Below are positions 9,324 to 16,691 of a DNA stretch of 32,000 bases, piece by piece. The notes under the pieces were generated by a model. The model ran no database searches. It was not told where the DNA came from and was given only the letters and a program-made list of their open reading frames with translations. This DNA comes from Vibrio vulnificus CMCP6 (GTDB lineage Bacteria; Pseudomonadota; Gammaproteobacteria; Enterobacterales; Vibrionaceae). The DNA is taken from positions 1,260,001-1,292,000 of the forward strand of contig NC_004460.2 in NCBI RefSeq assembly GCF_000039765.1, read 5' to 3'. Within the stretch, counting starts at the first letter, position 1; each line of letters begins with the position of its first letter. Position numbers and translations under genes: made by a program.

Positions 9324-10298
9324 TTAGCCTAGCTTGCTTTCAAGGAACTGCAGAATCTCTTGCATGGTTTTGTCATCCACTTTTTTCAAGTTTAGTGACA
9401 AGTTGCTGCCTTTGCGGCTGTAGCTTGCGCGATCTTTCACTAGTTCAACTTTCTCAGCTTTAGCCTTTGCTTTCACTGGGCTCAGTTCCGCAATCCACGC
9501 TTCGATGTTTTCCGTCACTTCTTTGGTTAAACGAGCCACACCTTGCGCTTGGCTGCGTTGCCAAACAAAGCCTTCGTTTGTGCGGCATTTATTAAGCAGC
9601 GCTTTTTGCTGCGGTTCTGCCAACGAATTATATTGCTTGTGCAGCTTGACGATGGTTGGACGGCCAAGGTCACTCACATTTGGATACGCTTGCAGTAACT
9701 CAAGTGGTAATGAAGCCGCTTTTAATGCGCCACTGACGAGGGCTTCACTGCACTGGAACATTTTCGCCAGCGCTTTTTGGTCTTCCGCGTCGCCTTTTTC
9801 CAGTTTGGCCAACATCTCTTTGCCTTTTTCATACAAAGACAAAGGCTTGTGGGCATTCGCCACATCAGAGAGGAACTTCGCATGTTCCGTGCTGATGTTA
9901 TCCGCCACATAGACTAAGAAATCTTTGCCCGCCAAAATACAAGACATACGACGGCGACTACCGTCCAGTACTTCGATTTTGCCATCCGCCGTACGACGAC
10001 CCACGGCTGGATATTGCTGGCCACGATCACGTAGTGTGGCCAAAACATCTGACAGTGCGTGCTCGGTTAAGAAAGATTGTTCACGCGCATTTTCTGCAAA
10101 AACGGAGGTTTGTGTTGCCACTTGATCGGCGGCAATACGGATCAGCTCGAAGGTCACCGTTTCTTCACCCGCGACCGCCAATTCAATCACTTGTGCTTGT
10201 TCTTTTGCTGCTGTTTGCGCTTCTTGCGGTGTTGCCACGCGGCGTTTGTTCGCTTTGCCAAACAGTTTTGCATTGAGATCGGAAGTTTTAATCGCCAT
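9324..10298 (-). CDS. parB: Chromosome-2 partition protein ParB2
   Basis: 324 aa with a plasmid-type ParB box (VLDGSRRRMSCILAG). It lies directly downstream of parA2 and next to the RctB-type origin and parS2 sites. Confidence 0.92.
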   Translation of the reverse strand: MAIKTSDLNAKLFGKANKRRVATPQEAQTAAKEQAQVIELAVAGEETVTFELIRIAADQVATQTSVFAENAREQSFLTEHALSDVLATLRDRGQQYPAVGRRTADGKIEVLDGSRRRMSCILAGKDFLVYVADNISTEHAKFLSDVANAHKPLSLYEKGKEMLAKLEKGDAEDQKALAKMFQCSEALVSGALKAASLPLELLQAYPNVSDLGRPTIVKLHKQYNSLAEPQQKALLNKCRTNEGFVWQRSQAQGVARLTKEVTENIEAWIAELSPVKAKAKAEKVELVKDRASYSRKGSNLSLNLKKVDDKTMQEILQFLESKLG

Positions 10299-10305
10299 AA
10301 CTTAA

Positions 10306-11523
10306 TTACCCTTGATTCAATGAAGACCAGTAAGAATGCAGCACACGCTCTAGTTCCAATGCGCTCTTTTGTACTGCGTCTTGCGCCGTTGCTAAGGTCT
10401 TCTTGCCTCCTTCAAAATCACTTGTCGTGAGGTCAAATACCGTGCTGTACGTGTCGGCACAAGTTTCGAAGGCGCGGCTACGTGGAATGGTGGCCATCAT
10501 AACTTGATCACCAAGCAGATAGTTCATCTCTGTCAGCACAGAGACTTGCTTCTTGTTGTCATCTTCAAACATGGTTGGCATCAGACGCACAAACTCTAAC
10601 CCTTTCCAATCCTCTGGGAACATTTCGTACACCGTCGGTAGATGCTGGAAGAAGTTAACCGTTGATGCCCAGTCTAAACGCTTAGCCGCACATGGAATCA
10701 GCAGTGCATTGGAGGCGTACATCGCATTCCACACCAGTGGATCGACGTGAGGACCAGTATCAATCATGATGATGTCGAAGTCATCGGCAATCTTGTCAAT
10801 CAGCTTTTCTTTCAGCAGACGTACAATGTCTAGCGATTGATTTTGCGACAAATATTGCCACGCTTCAGCATTGAACATCGCATCTTCAGGGAATGCAGAA
10901 ATGGTCTTCAAGTTTGGATATTGCGTTGGTAGCAACACATTCTTGTGAAGAAACGAACGATCCACGTCGACGTTTTCCGGCACATTATCCAACATGATAT
11001 CGACCGCCGAGTAAATATTGTCGTGCTCAGCAATGCTAATTTGTGGATTGAGGAACAGACGCAGCGACCCTTGAGGATCCAAGTCAATCAAACAGATACG
11101 GTAGCGCTTGTCTAAGTTCAGTGCCAAGCAAGCGGCTAAATGCACCGCCGTCATGGATTTACCCGTACCACCCTTTTGGTTCTGTACGTTGATGATCCAA
11201 GGTTTGCCATTGCCACCATTTTTACGCTGGTGGAACTTAGGTACTCCCGCAGCGTCCATCAGCATGTGCGCTTCTTCAAGAGTGATCGAATAGTGATTCG
11301 CGTTATTCTTGGTAAACTGGTGACCTTCCGCTTCCATTTTACCGATGGCATCGTCCAACTTACGTCGGGTTAATCCAGAACGCGTTTCCATCAATGCTTT
11401 TGACATCGGCGGAAAATAATCATCACTGCGCTCTTCTAGCACTATCTCAATACGGTCGGCTTGCACCTGTTGGGTTGATTCAGCCAACTGCATGAGATTT
11501 TCGATCGTTTTTTCTCTTTTCAT
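10306..11523 (-). CDS. parA: Chromosome-2 partition ATPase ParA2 (type Ia, with N-terminal extension)
   Basis: 405 aa with a deviant Walker A (NQKGGTGKSMTAVHLAA) and LIDLDPQGS. The roughly 100-aa N-terminal extension is typical of P1 ParA / SopA-type ATPases. Confidence 0.92.
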   Translation of the reverse strand: MKREKTIENLMQLAESTQQVQADRIEIVLEERSDDYFPPMSKALMETRSGLTRRKLDDAIGKMEAEGHQFTKNNANHYSITLEEAHMLMDAAGVPKFHQRKNGGNGKPWIINVQNQKGGTGKSMTAVHLAACLALNLDKRYRICLIDLDPQGSLRLFLNPQISIAEHDNIYSAVDIMLDNVPENVDVDRSFLHKNVLLPTQYPNLKTISAFPEDAMFNAEAWQYLSQNQSLDIVRLLKEKLIDKIADDFDIIMIDTGPHVDPLVWNAMYASNALLIPCAAKRLDWASTVNFFQHLPTVYEMFPEDWKGLEFVRLMPTMFEDDNKKQVSVLTEMNYLLGDQVMMATIPRSRAFETCADTYSTVFDLTTSDFEGGKKTLATAQDAVQKSALELERVLHSYWSSLNQG

Positions 11524-11752
11524 TGTCTATTCCTTTAAGAAATATCTTTCACCCGATTGTACAGCACTTTTAACTTATGACAACAAAAAGGTGAACGGTC
11601 ATTTTGAAGAATAATCACATAAAAATGAATTCATCGCGTCATAATGATGTAAAAATCAGCAAAGACTGACTAATTGAGAAAATTCTTATTTAAAATCTAG
11701 CAAGCAGTAAGCAACAAAAGATCAAAGATTTAAAATGTTACGACGTCACATA

Positions 11753-11765
11753 TTTACAATGTAAA
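11753..11765. promoter_or_regulatory. parS2 centromere site inside the origin control region
   Basis: TTTACAATGTAAA palindrome, 11 bp from the left 39-mer-class site. Confidence 0.85.
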
Positions 11766-11776
11766 GTCATAATAAC

Positions 11777-11815
11777 TCGGAACGATTGACATTGGTCACT
11801 AAACTACGGTCAATG
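11777..11815 (+). promoter_or_regulatory. 39-mer-class RctB regulatory site (left copy)
   Basis: TCGGAACGATTGACATTGGTCACTAAACTACGGTCAATG aligns with 12253-12292. The shared ends are TCGGAA and TCACTAAnnTACGGTCAA, and the 13-nt centre is variable and AT-rich. 26 of 37 aligned positions are identical. Exact boundaries are uncertain. Confidence 0.65.
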
Positions 11816-12044
11816 TAAGATGAATTTTAACAGTGCGTATCAAAACGTTATGCCACTAGGTAAATACGAGGTCCATTTGTTCGTTCAAGCAACATTGTGA
11901 CTCGGTGGGTTATTTTAAGCTTCGATATTTTTGTACAAAATACGTTCAAAAAAGCCTCAATCCTATTCTATAAAAAGAACGAATTAATCCGTTGGAGTAC
12001 AAAAGAGGCCAATGTTCAGCTACTCCATAGATACCGACATCTCT

Positions 12045-12057
12045 TGATCATGCTTTC
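12045..12057 (+). repeat. RctB iteron (12-mer class, contains GATC)
   Basis: TGATCATGCTTTC, an exact copy of the consensus. Confidence 0.85.
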
Positions 12058-12252
12058 GATGATGGCGTAAGAACATGGAAAATGTTCATTTTATGTCTCT
12101 GGAAGAATGATCAAGTGATGCTTTAATCATTCTTCCTGATAATGAGCCGTTATCGAAACGATGATCATGGGAATTCATACTGTAAAATAGGCCTTCCGAT
12201 GATGGCGTTAATGATCCTTATAATACGGAAAGATGATCAAGTAGCGATGGAT

Positions 12253-12292
12253 TCGGAAGCATGAAAAAATATCACTAAGTTACGGTCAAATG
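12253..12292 (+). promoter_or_regulatory. 39-mer-class RctB regulatory site (right copy)
   Basis: TCGGAAGCATGAAAAAATATCACTAAGTTACGGTCAAATG. It also contains GGAAGCATGA, which is an inverted partial iteron. Confidence 0.65.
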
Positions 12293-12381
12293 CAGATAGA
12301 ACGGGAGATCAAGCTCGTTTGGCTCAATTCATCATCTAGTGAGATTGGCTTTCAGATTAGAATATTGACCTTGATATGCCG

Positions 12382-12394
12382 TGATCATGCTTTC
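12382..12394 (+). repeat. RctB iteron
   Basis: TGATCATGCTTTC, exact. Confidence 0.85.
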
Positions 12395-12510
12395 GTATTT
12401 TCTCAATGAAATAGCGATGAAAGACAAGAAGATAGATTTGCTGATTGTTTAGCCAAACTCAGCGAGAATTGCGGAAAAAACATTCGCATCCTGACAAACA
12501 AGCTTTATGA

Positions 12511-12523
12511 TGATCATGCTTCC
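12511..12523 (+). repeat. RctB iteron
   Basis: TGATCATGCTTCC. Confidence 0.85.
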
Positions 12524-12577
12524 GTCTGTTCATTATTACGAATGACAACGTGAAAACAGCAAAGTTATTCTCACCGC

Positions 12578-12586
12578 TGTGGATAA
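12578..12586 (-). promoter_or_regulatory. DnaA box (perfect consensus)
   Basis: TGTGGATAA is the reverse complement of TTATCCACA. It lies 16 bp left of the iteron array. A weaker box, TTATCCTCT, is at 12881-12889. Confidence 0.85.
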
Positions 12587-12601
12587 GTTGTTTACTCATC
12601 A

Positions 12602-12728
12602 TGATCATGCTTTCCTTCTTACGTTGATCACGCTTGCGCATTCATGATGATCATCTTTACGTCTCGGTTTGATCATGTTTTCGCAGTCTATATGATCATG
12701 CTTTCTGGATTATTATGATCATGCTTCC
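12602..12728 (+). repeat. Minimal-origin iteron array: six phased RctB iterons
   Basis: The six copies are 12602 TGATCATGCTTTC, 12625 TGATCACGCTTGC, 12648 TGATCATCTTTAC, 12670 TGATCATGTTTTC, 12693 TGATCATGCTTTC and 12716 TGATCATGCTTCC. Spacings are 23, 23, 22, 23 and 23 bp. All are in the same orientation and each carries a Dam GATC. Confidence 0.92.
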
Positions 12729-12902
12729 TAGATGGTAAAAATAAACCTTTTGTTTTACAGTAAGTTACTAGCAATTCCGCCGCTAGATCAATAGATCATA
12801 TAATCAATTAAGATCAGATTAATCAAAAAGATCAGTTATTTAAAAACAAGCTTTTTTCTTTATTTATGATCTATTTTTCTTTATCCTCTTGGAACTATAG
12901 CG
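12729..12902. other. AT-rich, GATC-dense DNA-unwinding region of the origin
   Basis: Strongly AT-rich. AGATCA occurs four times (12785, 12793, 12811, 12829), with a further GATC at 12868. Including the rctB promoter, 12729-12932 holds 7 GATC against about 0.8 expected. Confidence 0.75.
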
Positions 12903-12931
12903 CTTTTACGGTCAATGTGATCTGGATCTAG
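12903..12931 (+). promoter_or_regulatory. Truncated 39-mer-class (29-mer-like) site over the rctB promoter / 5' UTR
   Basis: CTTTTACGGTCAATGTGATCTGGATCTAG shares TACGGTCAATGT exactly with the left 39-mer-class site but lacks the TCGGAA/TCACTAA half. It ends 1 bp before the rctB ATG and contains two GATC. Confidence 0.6.
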
Positions 12932-12932
12932 A

Positions 12933-14903
12933 ATGACAACGGAAGAAAAAATACTGATCAAGGCTCCAAGAAGCCACAAAGATGGTCACCTATTTGAAGT
13001 CAATGAATCTTCAGCAGATTGGGTGGAGCAATATCAGCACTTCAAAGGGGTAACAAAAAGTATTCTTGAATTGCTAAACCTCATTTCATTAAGAGGCTTT
13101 AGCAGCAAAGATGGTTTGGTTTCCACCACAGAACTGGTTGAAGCAACCGATGGACACTTAACCCGAGCAGCGATTCAGCAACGACTGAGAGCAGCGGTCA
13201 GTATTGGTTTGTTCACTCAAACTCCGGTACGTTTTGAAGAAGGGCTCGCTGGGAAAACCATGCTGCATCACTTCGTCAATCCAAATAAATTGATTTCCGT
13301 TTTGGGCGCTACCAGCCTTGTCACTGAGAAAGTCAAACAGACCGAAAAAGAGAAGCGCTCTAAGGCACTGGCTCAAACCCAAGTGAATAAGCGACTACTG
13401 AATGAACATGGCTTGAATACCCCGCCTGGCATGAAGGATGAAGCGGATCAATTCGTGGTTTCTCCGACCAATTGGGCCGGTATTATTGATCAAGCTTTAG
13501 CACCACCAAGAACACGCAAGAATTACCAAAAATCGATGGTGTCGATTTCCGGTACACGCGCAGTGATCGAGACACGATCATCGAAAAACATCATGACGGT
13601 GGACGATCTCATGACGTTGTTTGCGCTGTTTACCTTGACGGTTCAGTACCATGATCATCACAAAGAAGAATATCAAATGGATGCGGCGCACATTCCAAAC
13701 AAAACGCCGTTGTACATCACCGATATTCTGTCTCTACGTGGCAAAAAAGACAGTGGTCCGGCACGTGATTCCATTCGCGACAGCATCGATCGCATCGAGT
13801 TTACCGATTTCCAACTGCACGAGCTTACTGGCCGTTGGTTAAGTGAAAACATGCCTGAAGGGTTCAAGAGTGATCGTTTCCGCTTCCTAGCACGCACCAT
13901 TACCGCTTCGGAAGAGGCCCCTACAGAGGGCAGTGATGGCGAGATCCGTATCAAACCTAACCTCTACATCTTGGTATGGGAGCCATCGTTTTACGAAGAA
14001 CTGCTCACTCGCGACTATTTCTTCCTGTTTCCGCCTGAGATCTTGAAACAGCATACCTTGGTGTTTCAACTCTATTCCTATTTCCGGACGCGTATGGCAC
14101 GCCGTCATACCGACAGCATGTTGCTAAGCGAACTTAACCAAAAATTGGCGCGAAACATTGAATGGCGTCGTTTTTCGATGGATCTGATCCGCGAATTGCG
14201 CCGACTGTCAGAAGGGAAGGGGACAGAGGATCTTTTCGTGGTCAATTTGTGGGGCTACCACCTAACGGTGGAAACGATCCAAGAACAAGACAAAGTGATC
14301 GATTACCAAGTCGATATCAAATGTGATGTCGAAGAGGTGCTGCGTTACTCGCGCGCGCGCACCACCAATGCGGGTAAACGCAATATGGCGCCAACTTTGC
14401 CAAACCCTCTGCGTAATGAAATGGTCAGCAAACAGAAGCTCGATGAGCTTTCAGGCATTATTGATGGTGAGTTTGAACCGATTCAGCGCAAAGAACGCTC
14501 TCCAAAAGGCAATTTGGGCCGCCGAGTGAAGCTACGTAAGCACTTAGTTGAGATCAATGCTGACGAAATCACCATTACCCTAACCAAATACACCTCCCCA
14601 GAGGCGCTAGAACGCAGTATAACGGCGTTATCGGCAATGACAGGGCATCCATATGCTTCGATTAAAGAAGAGTGCCAGGAGCTGCTAGAGAAGCTGGATT
14701 TCATTCGAGTCGATGAAAGCATCTTGCCCTACGAAACTTTGAGTAAAGTGGTTGAGCTTTACAACGGTCAAACCGAAAACAAACATTTGTCCATCGAACG
14801 TTTGATCGCGGGCTTAGCAGTACGTCGTAAAGTGTGTCGCCAAGTCTTTGAGGGGCATTTGGATGAGACGGTTTTCCGCGCGCTAGACGAAGTCGCTGTC
14901 TAA
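12933..14903 (+). CDS. rctB: Chromosome-2 replication initiator RctB
   Basis: 656 aa, directly abutting the iteron / AT-rich origin and divergent from parAB2. Size and position match RctB of Vibrio chromosome 2. The N-terminus is MTTEEKILIKAPRSHKDGHLFEV.... Confidence 0.92.
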   Translation: MTTEEKILIKAPRSHKDGHLFEVNESSADWVEQYQHFKGVTKSILELLNLISLRGFSSKDGLVSTTELVEATDGHLTRAAIQQRLRAAVSIGLFTQTPVRFEEGLAGKTMLHHFVNPNKLISVLGATSLVTEKVKQTEKEKRSKALAQTQVNKRLLNEHGLNTPPGMKDEADQFVVSPTNWAGIIDQALAPPRTRKNYQKSMVSISGTRAVIETRSSKNIMTVDDLMTLFALFTLTVQYHDHHKEEYQMDAAHIPNKTPLYITDILSLRGKKDSGPARDSIRDSIDRIEFTDFQLHELTGRWLSENMPEGFKSDRFRFLARTITASEEAPTEGSDGEIRIKPNLYILVWEPSFYEELLTRDYFFLFPPEILKQHTLVFQLYSYFRTRMARRHTDSMLLSELNQKLARNIEWRRFSMDLIRELRRLSEGKGTEDLFVVNLWGYHLTVETIQEQDKVIDYQVDIKCDVEEVLRYSRARTTNAGKRNMAPTLPNPLRNEMVSKQKLDELSGIIDGEFEPIQRKERSPKGNLGRRVKLRKHLVEINADEITITLTKYTSPEALERSITALSAMTGHPYASIKEECQELLEKLDFIRVDESILPYETLSKVVELYNGQTENKHLSIERLIAGLAVRRKVCRQVFEGHLDETVFRALDEVAV

Positions 14904-14915
14904 CAGTCAACACCT

Positions 14916-14928
14916 TGATCATGCTTTC
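14916..14928 (+). repeat. RctB iteron 13 bp downstream of the rctB stop
   Basis: TGATCATGCTTTC, exact, in the same orientation as the origin array. Confidence 0.8.
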
Positions 14929-14961
14929 AGGCTTGAGAAGACTCAGGCCTGATTGGTTTTT
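14929..14961 (+). terminator. Probable rctB rho-independent terminator
   Basis: AGGCTTGAG-AAGA-CTCAGGCCT forms a 9-bp stem with one G-U pair. It is followed by GATTGGTTTTTG. Confidence 0.5.
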
Positions 14962-15162
14962 GCTGAACGGATTGATTCACGTAACGAATTATTGCTAATT
15001 GCAACAAATTGTATATTGATGGAAAACAGACCGAACGTTAACAATTTGCTGACATTGCCCCCAGCCTACGCCGCTAATATCAACCACGAATAGACAACCT
15101 TTTGTCCTTTCTGATGATTAATAGATTGGCTCATATTGTTACATTCATTCTGAATAGATTTC

Positions 15163-15191
15163 GCGAGTTCTGTTGAACTCGCTTTTTTTTT
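15163..15191 (+). terminator. Strong rho-independent terminator with no annotated gene upstream
   Basis: GCGAGTTC-TGTT-GAACTCGC followed by nine T. On the minus strand the hairpin is not followed by a U-run. Confidence 0.8.
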
Positions 15192-15228
15192 GCCTGCTGA
15201 ATGCGCGTCTCGATCTCGCGCTATACCT

Positions 15229-15241
15229 TGATCATCTTTCC
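15229..15241 (+). repeat. RctB iteron-like site
   Basis: TGATCATCTTTCC, which resembles the third iteron of the origin array. Confidence 0.65.
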
Positions 15242-15255
15242 GTCGCTATGGGCGA

Positions 15256-15723
15256 CTAGTGCCAAATCACTTGATCATGCTTTCGAGGTTCATTCCACGC
15301 TAACGCTTCCATCAATTTGACATGCCCTTCAATCAGACAATGTGCTCTAGTGAGCCAGTTTTGTTGATCTTCTTGCTGATTACAAAACTCTAAGCTCAGT
15401 ACCGCCATATGCTGCAAGCGCTTCATGCACCAATCGCGAATGGCCATATCGGTATTATGATCGCACGCTACGCGCTCGAGTTGACTTGACGTGTAGTTGA
15501 GAAACTCGAACGCGCACTCAGGATTGAGATAGCGGTGCTGCTGAAACAGTCTTAGGCATCCATCTAGCCAACACGCTATCGCCTTGCTTTGATCGTCGCT
15601 GAGCTCAGGCCCAAATACCGAGTCTGGCGCAGAGAAGATGATCGTTTTCAGCGTATCACCTTGATCATGCTTTCGATCTTGGTACCAAGTCGAAATGTTG
15701 TTTAGCCAGATAGAAAGATCCAT
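15256..15723 (-). CDS. Hypothetical protein (155 aa), translationally coupled to the upstream ABC ATPase gene
   Basis: An intact ORF whose ATG overlaps the upstream stop (TAATG). I recognise no motif in it. Iteron sequences lie at both ends of the ORF. Confidence 0.55.
   Translation of the reverse strand: MDLSIWLNNISTWYQDRKHDQGDTLKTIIFSAPDSVFGPELSDDQSKAIACWLDGCLRLFQQHRYLNPECAFEFLNYTSSQLERVACDHNTDMAIRDWCMKRLQHMAVLSLEFCNQQEDQQNWLTRAHCLIEGHVKLMEALAWNEPRKHDQVIWH
15272..15284 (+). repeat. RctB iteron embedded in the 3' end of the 155-aa ORF
   Basis: TGATCATGCTTTC, exact. On the minus strand it encodes ...PRKHDQVIWH*. Confidence 0.8.
15639..15674 (+). repeat. Iteron pair inside the 5' end of the 155-aa ORF (11-mer-like plus exact 12-mer-class copy, 23 bp phasing)
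   Basis: 15639 TGATCGTTTTC is one base shorter than the TGATCATGTTTTC form. 15662 TGATCATGCTTTC is exact and encodes ...DRKHDQGD.... Confidence 0.7.
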
Positions 15724-16691
15724 TACGCCGCCTTAGTCCATTGTTTTACAAAATGATTTGGCCCAACTTGCTCACATTCATCCACCACAATGCTGCTTTG
15801 CTGGCGAATCACGTCGGCATCTAATGAATAGTCTGGTTCACTTTTCACCAGATCGCCAAATGGTAAGTCTGGATCAGGCACGGCGGAGATCAGCAACTTG
15901 GTGTAAGGGTGTTGCGGATTGCTCAAAATGGCGCGGGTGTCACCCCATTCGACAATCTGCCCTTTGTACATGACCGCGGTCTCTTCTGCGATGTAGTGCG
16001 CGGTAGCGAGATCGTGCGTGATGTATAGAAAGCCAATGCCAAGCTCTTTTTTCATCCGCTGCATAAGGTTCAATACCCCCAAGCGGATGGACACGTCTAA
16101 CATGGATGTGGGTTCATCCGCTAAAATGATTTGCGAACCCACCGCTAGCGCTCGGGCTAAATTGACACGTTGTCGTTGGCCGCCGCTCAATTGGTGGGGA
16201 AACTTGGTTAACGTCTCTTCGCTGAGCTCCACCAGCGCCAATAACTCGGCCAATTTGGCCGGTACTTCTGCGTCTGAGAATACTTGACCATGAATTTTCA
16301 GAGGGCGAGTCAAATGATGCTCAATGGTGTGTGTTGGATTGAGGGAGCCAAATGGGTCTTGAAAGACCATTTGTACCTTGCCGCGGTAATCCAATATCTC
16401 TTTGCGAGATTTAAGTTCTGAGATGTCTTTGCCCTGAAATAGAATCTTTCCTTCAGTTGGCGGGTAGACCTTTGTGATCAAACGGGCACAGGTGCTTTTC
16501 CCACATCCTGATTCTCCCACCAAGGCCAAAGTTTTGCCTGCATATAGGTTGAAACTGACGCCATGCAGCGCGCGAAACGATTCTTGGCGTGCGAAGCCTC
16601 CGCCGACAGTAAATTCTTTAACGACATTTCTAAGTTCGATGACGGGGTTGTCATGATTACGCTCCTTGCTCGACGGTGCTATGCACATCAT
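15723..16691 (-). CDS. ABC transporter ATP-binding protein, oligopeptide/dipeptide (OppF/DppF) type
   Basis: Walker A GESGCGKST, signature LSGGQRQRVNLARAL, Walker B ILADEPTSMLD. The track start (16811) would overlap the upstream gene by 155 nt. The internal ATG at 16691/16688 (MMCIAPSSKERNHDNPVIELRN...) is more plausible, but the start remains uncertain. Confidence 0.85.
   Translation of the reverse strand: MMCIAPSSKERNHDNPVIELRNVVKEFTVGGGFARQESFRALHGVSFNLYAGKTLALVGESGCGKSTCARLITKVYPPTEGKILFQGKDISELKSRKEILDYRGKVQMVFQDPFGSLNPTHTIEHHLTRPLKIHGQVFSDAEVPAKLAELLALVELSEETLTKFPHQLSGGQRQRVNLARALAVGSQIILADEPTSMLDVSIRLGVLNLMQRMKKELGIGFLYITHDLATAHYIAEETAVMYKGQIVEWGDTRAILSNPQHPYTKLLISAVPDPDLPFGDLVKSEPDYSLDADVIRQQSSIVVDECEQVGPNHFVKQWTKAA

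Larger units (their letters stand above)
11753..12560. promoter_or_regulatory. Negative-control half of the origin (incII / rctA-like region): parS2, two 39-mer-class sites, dispersed and variant iterons
   Basis: Non-coding and AT-rich. It contains parS2 (11753-11765) and 39-mer-class sites at about 11777-11815 and 12253-12292. Iterons lie at 12045, 12382 and 12511. Variants lie at 12108-12125 (TGATCA[AGTGA]TGCTTTA), 12162, 12212 and 12234 (TGATCAAGTAGCG). The layout matches the published organisation of V. cholerae oriCII. Confidence 0.8.

Noticed and set aside
12459-12641. 60-aa minus-strand ORF (MRKRDQRKKESMIMMSKQ...) inside the origin
   Set aside because: It spans a DnaA box and several iterons in AT-rich non-coding origin DNA and has no RBS. 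Its Met/Ile/His/Asp-rich stretches are just the reverse translation of repeated ATGATCAT. It is almost certainly not a gene.
12602-12728. Regular repeat-spacer pattern that superficially resembles a CRISPR array
   Set aside because: The repeats are only about 13 bp with spacers of about 10 bp, and no cas genes are present. The repeat contains GATC and matches the RctB iteron, so this is an origin iteron array, not a CRISPR.
12729-12900. Searched the AT-rich region for an IHF site (WATCAANNNNTTR)
   Set aside because: Several ATCAA cores occur (12787, 12804, 12822) but none has the downstream TTR at the correct spacing. I cannot support a specific IHF call from sequence alone.
15019-15093. 24-codon ORF (MENRPNVNNLLTLPPAYAANINHE) in the rctB-downstream intergenic region
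   Set aside because: There is no Shine-Dalgarno sequence upstream and the ORF is very short. I treat it as non-coding sequence of the candidate sRNA / 3' UTR rather than as a gene.
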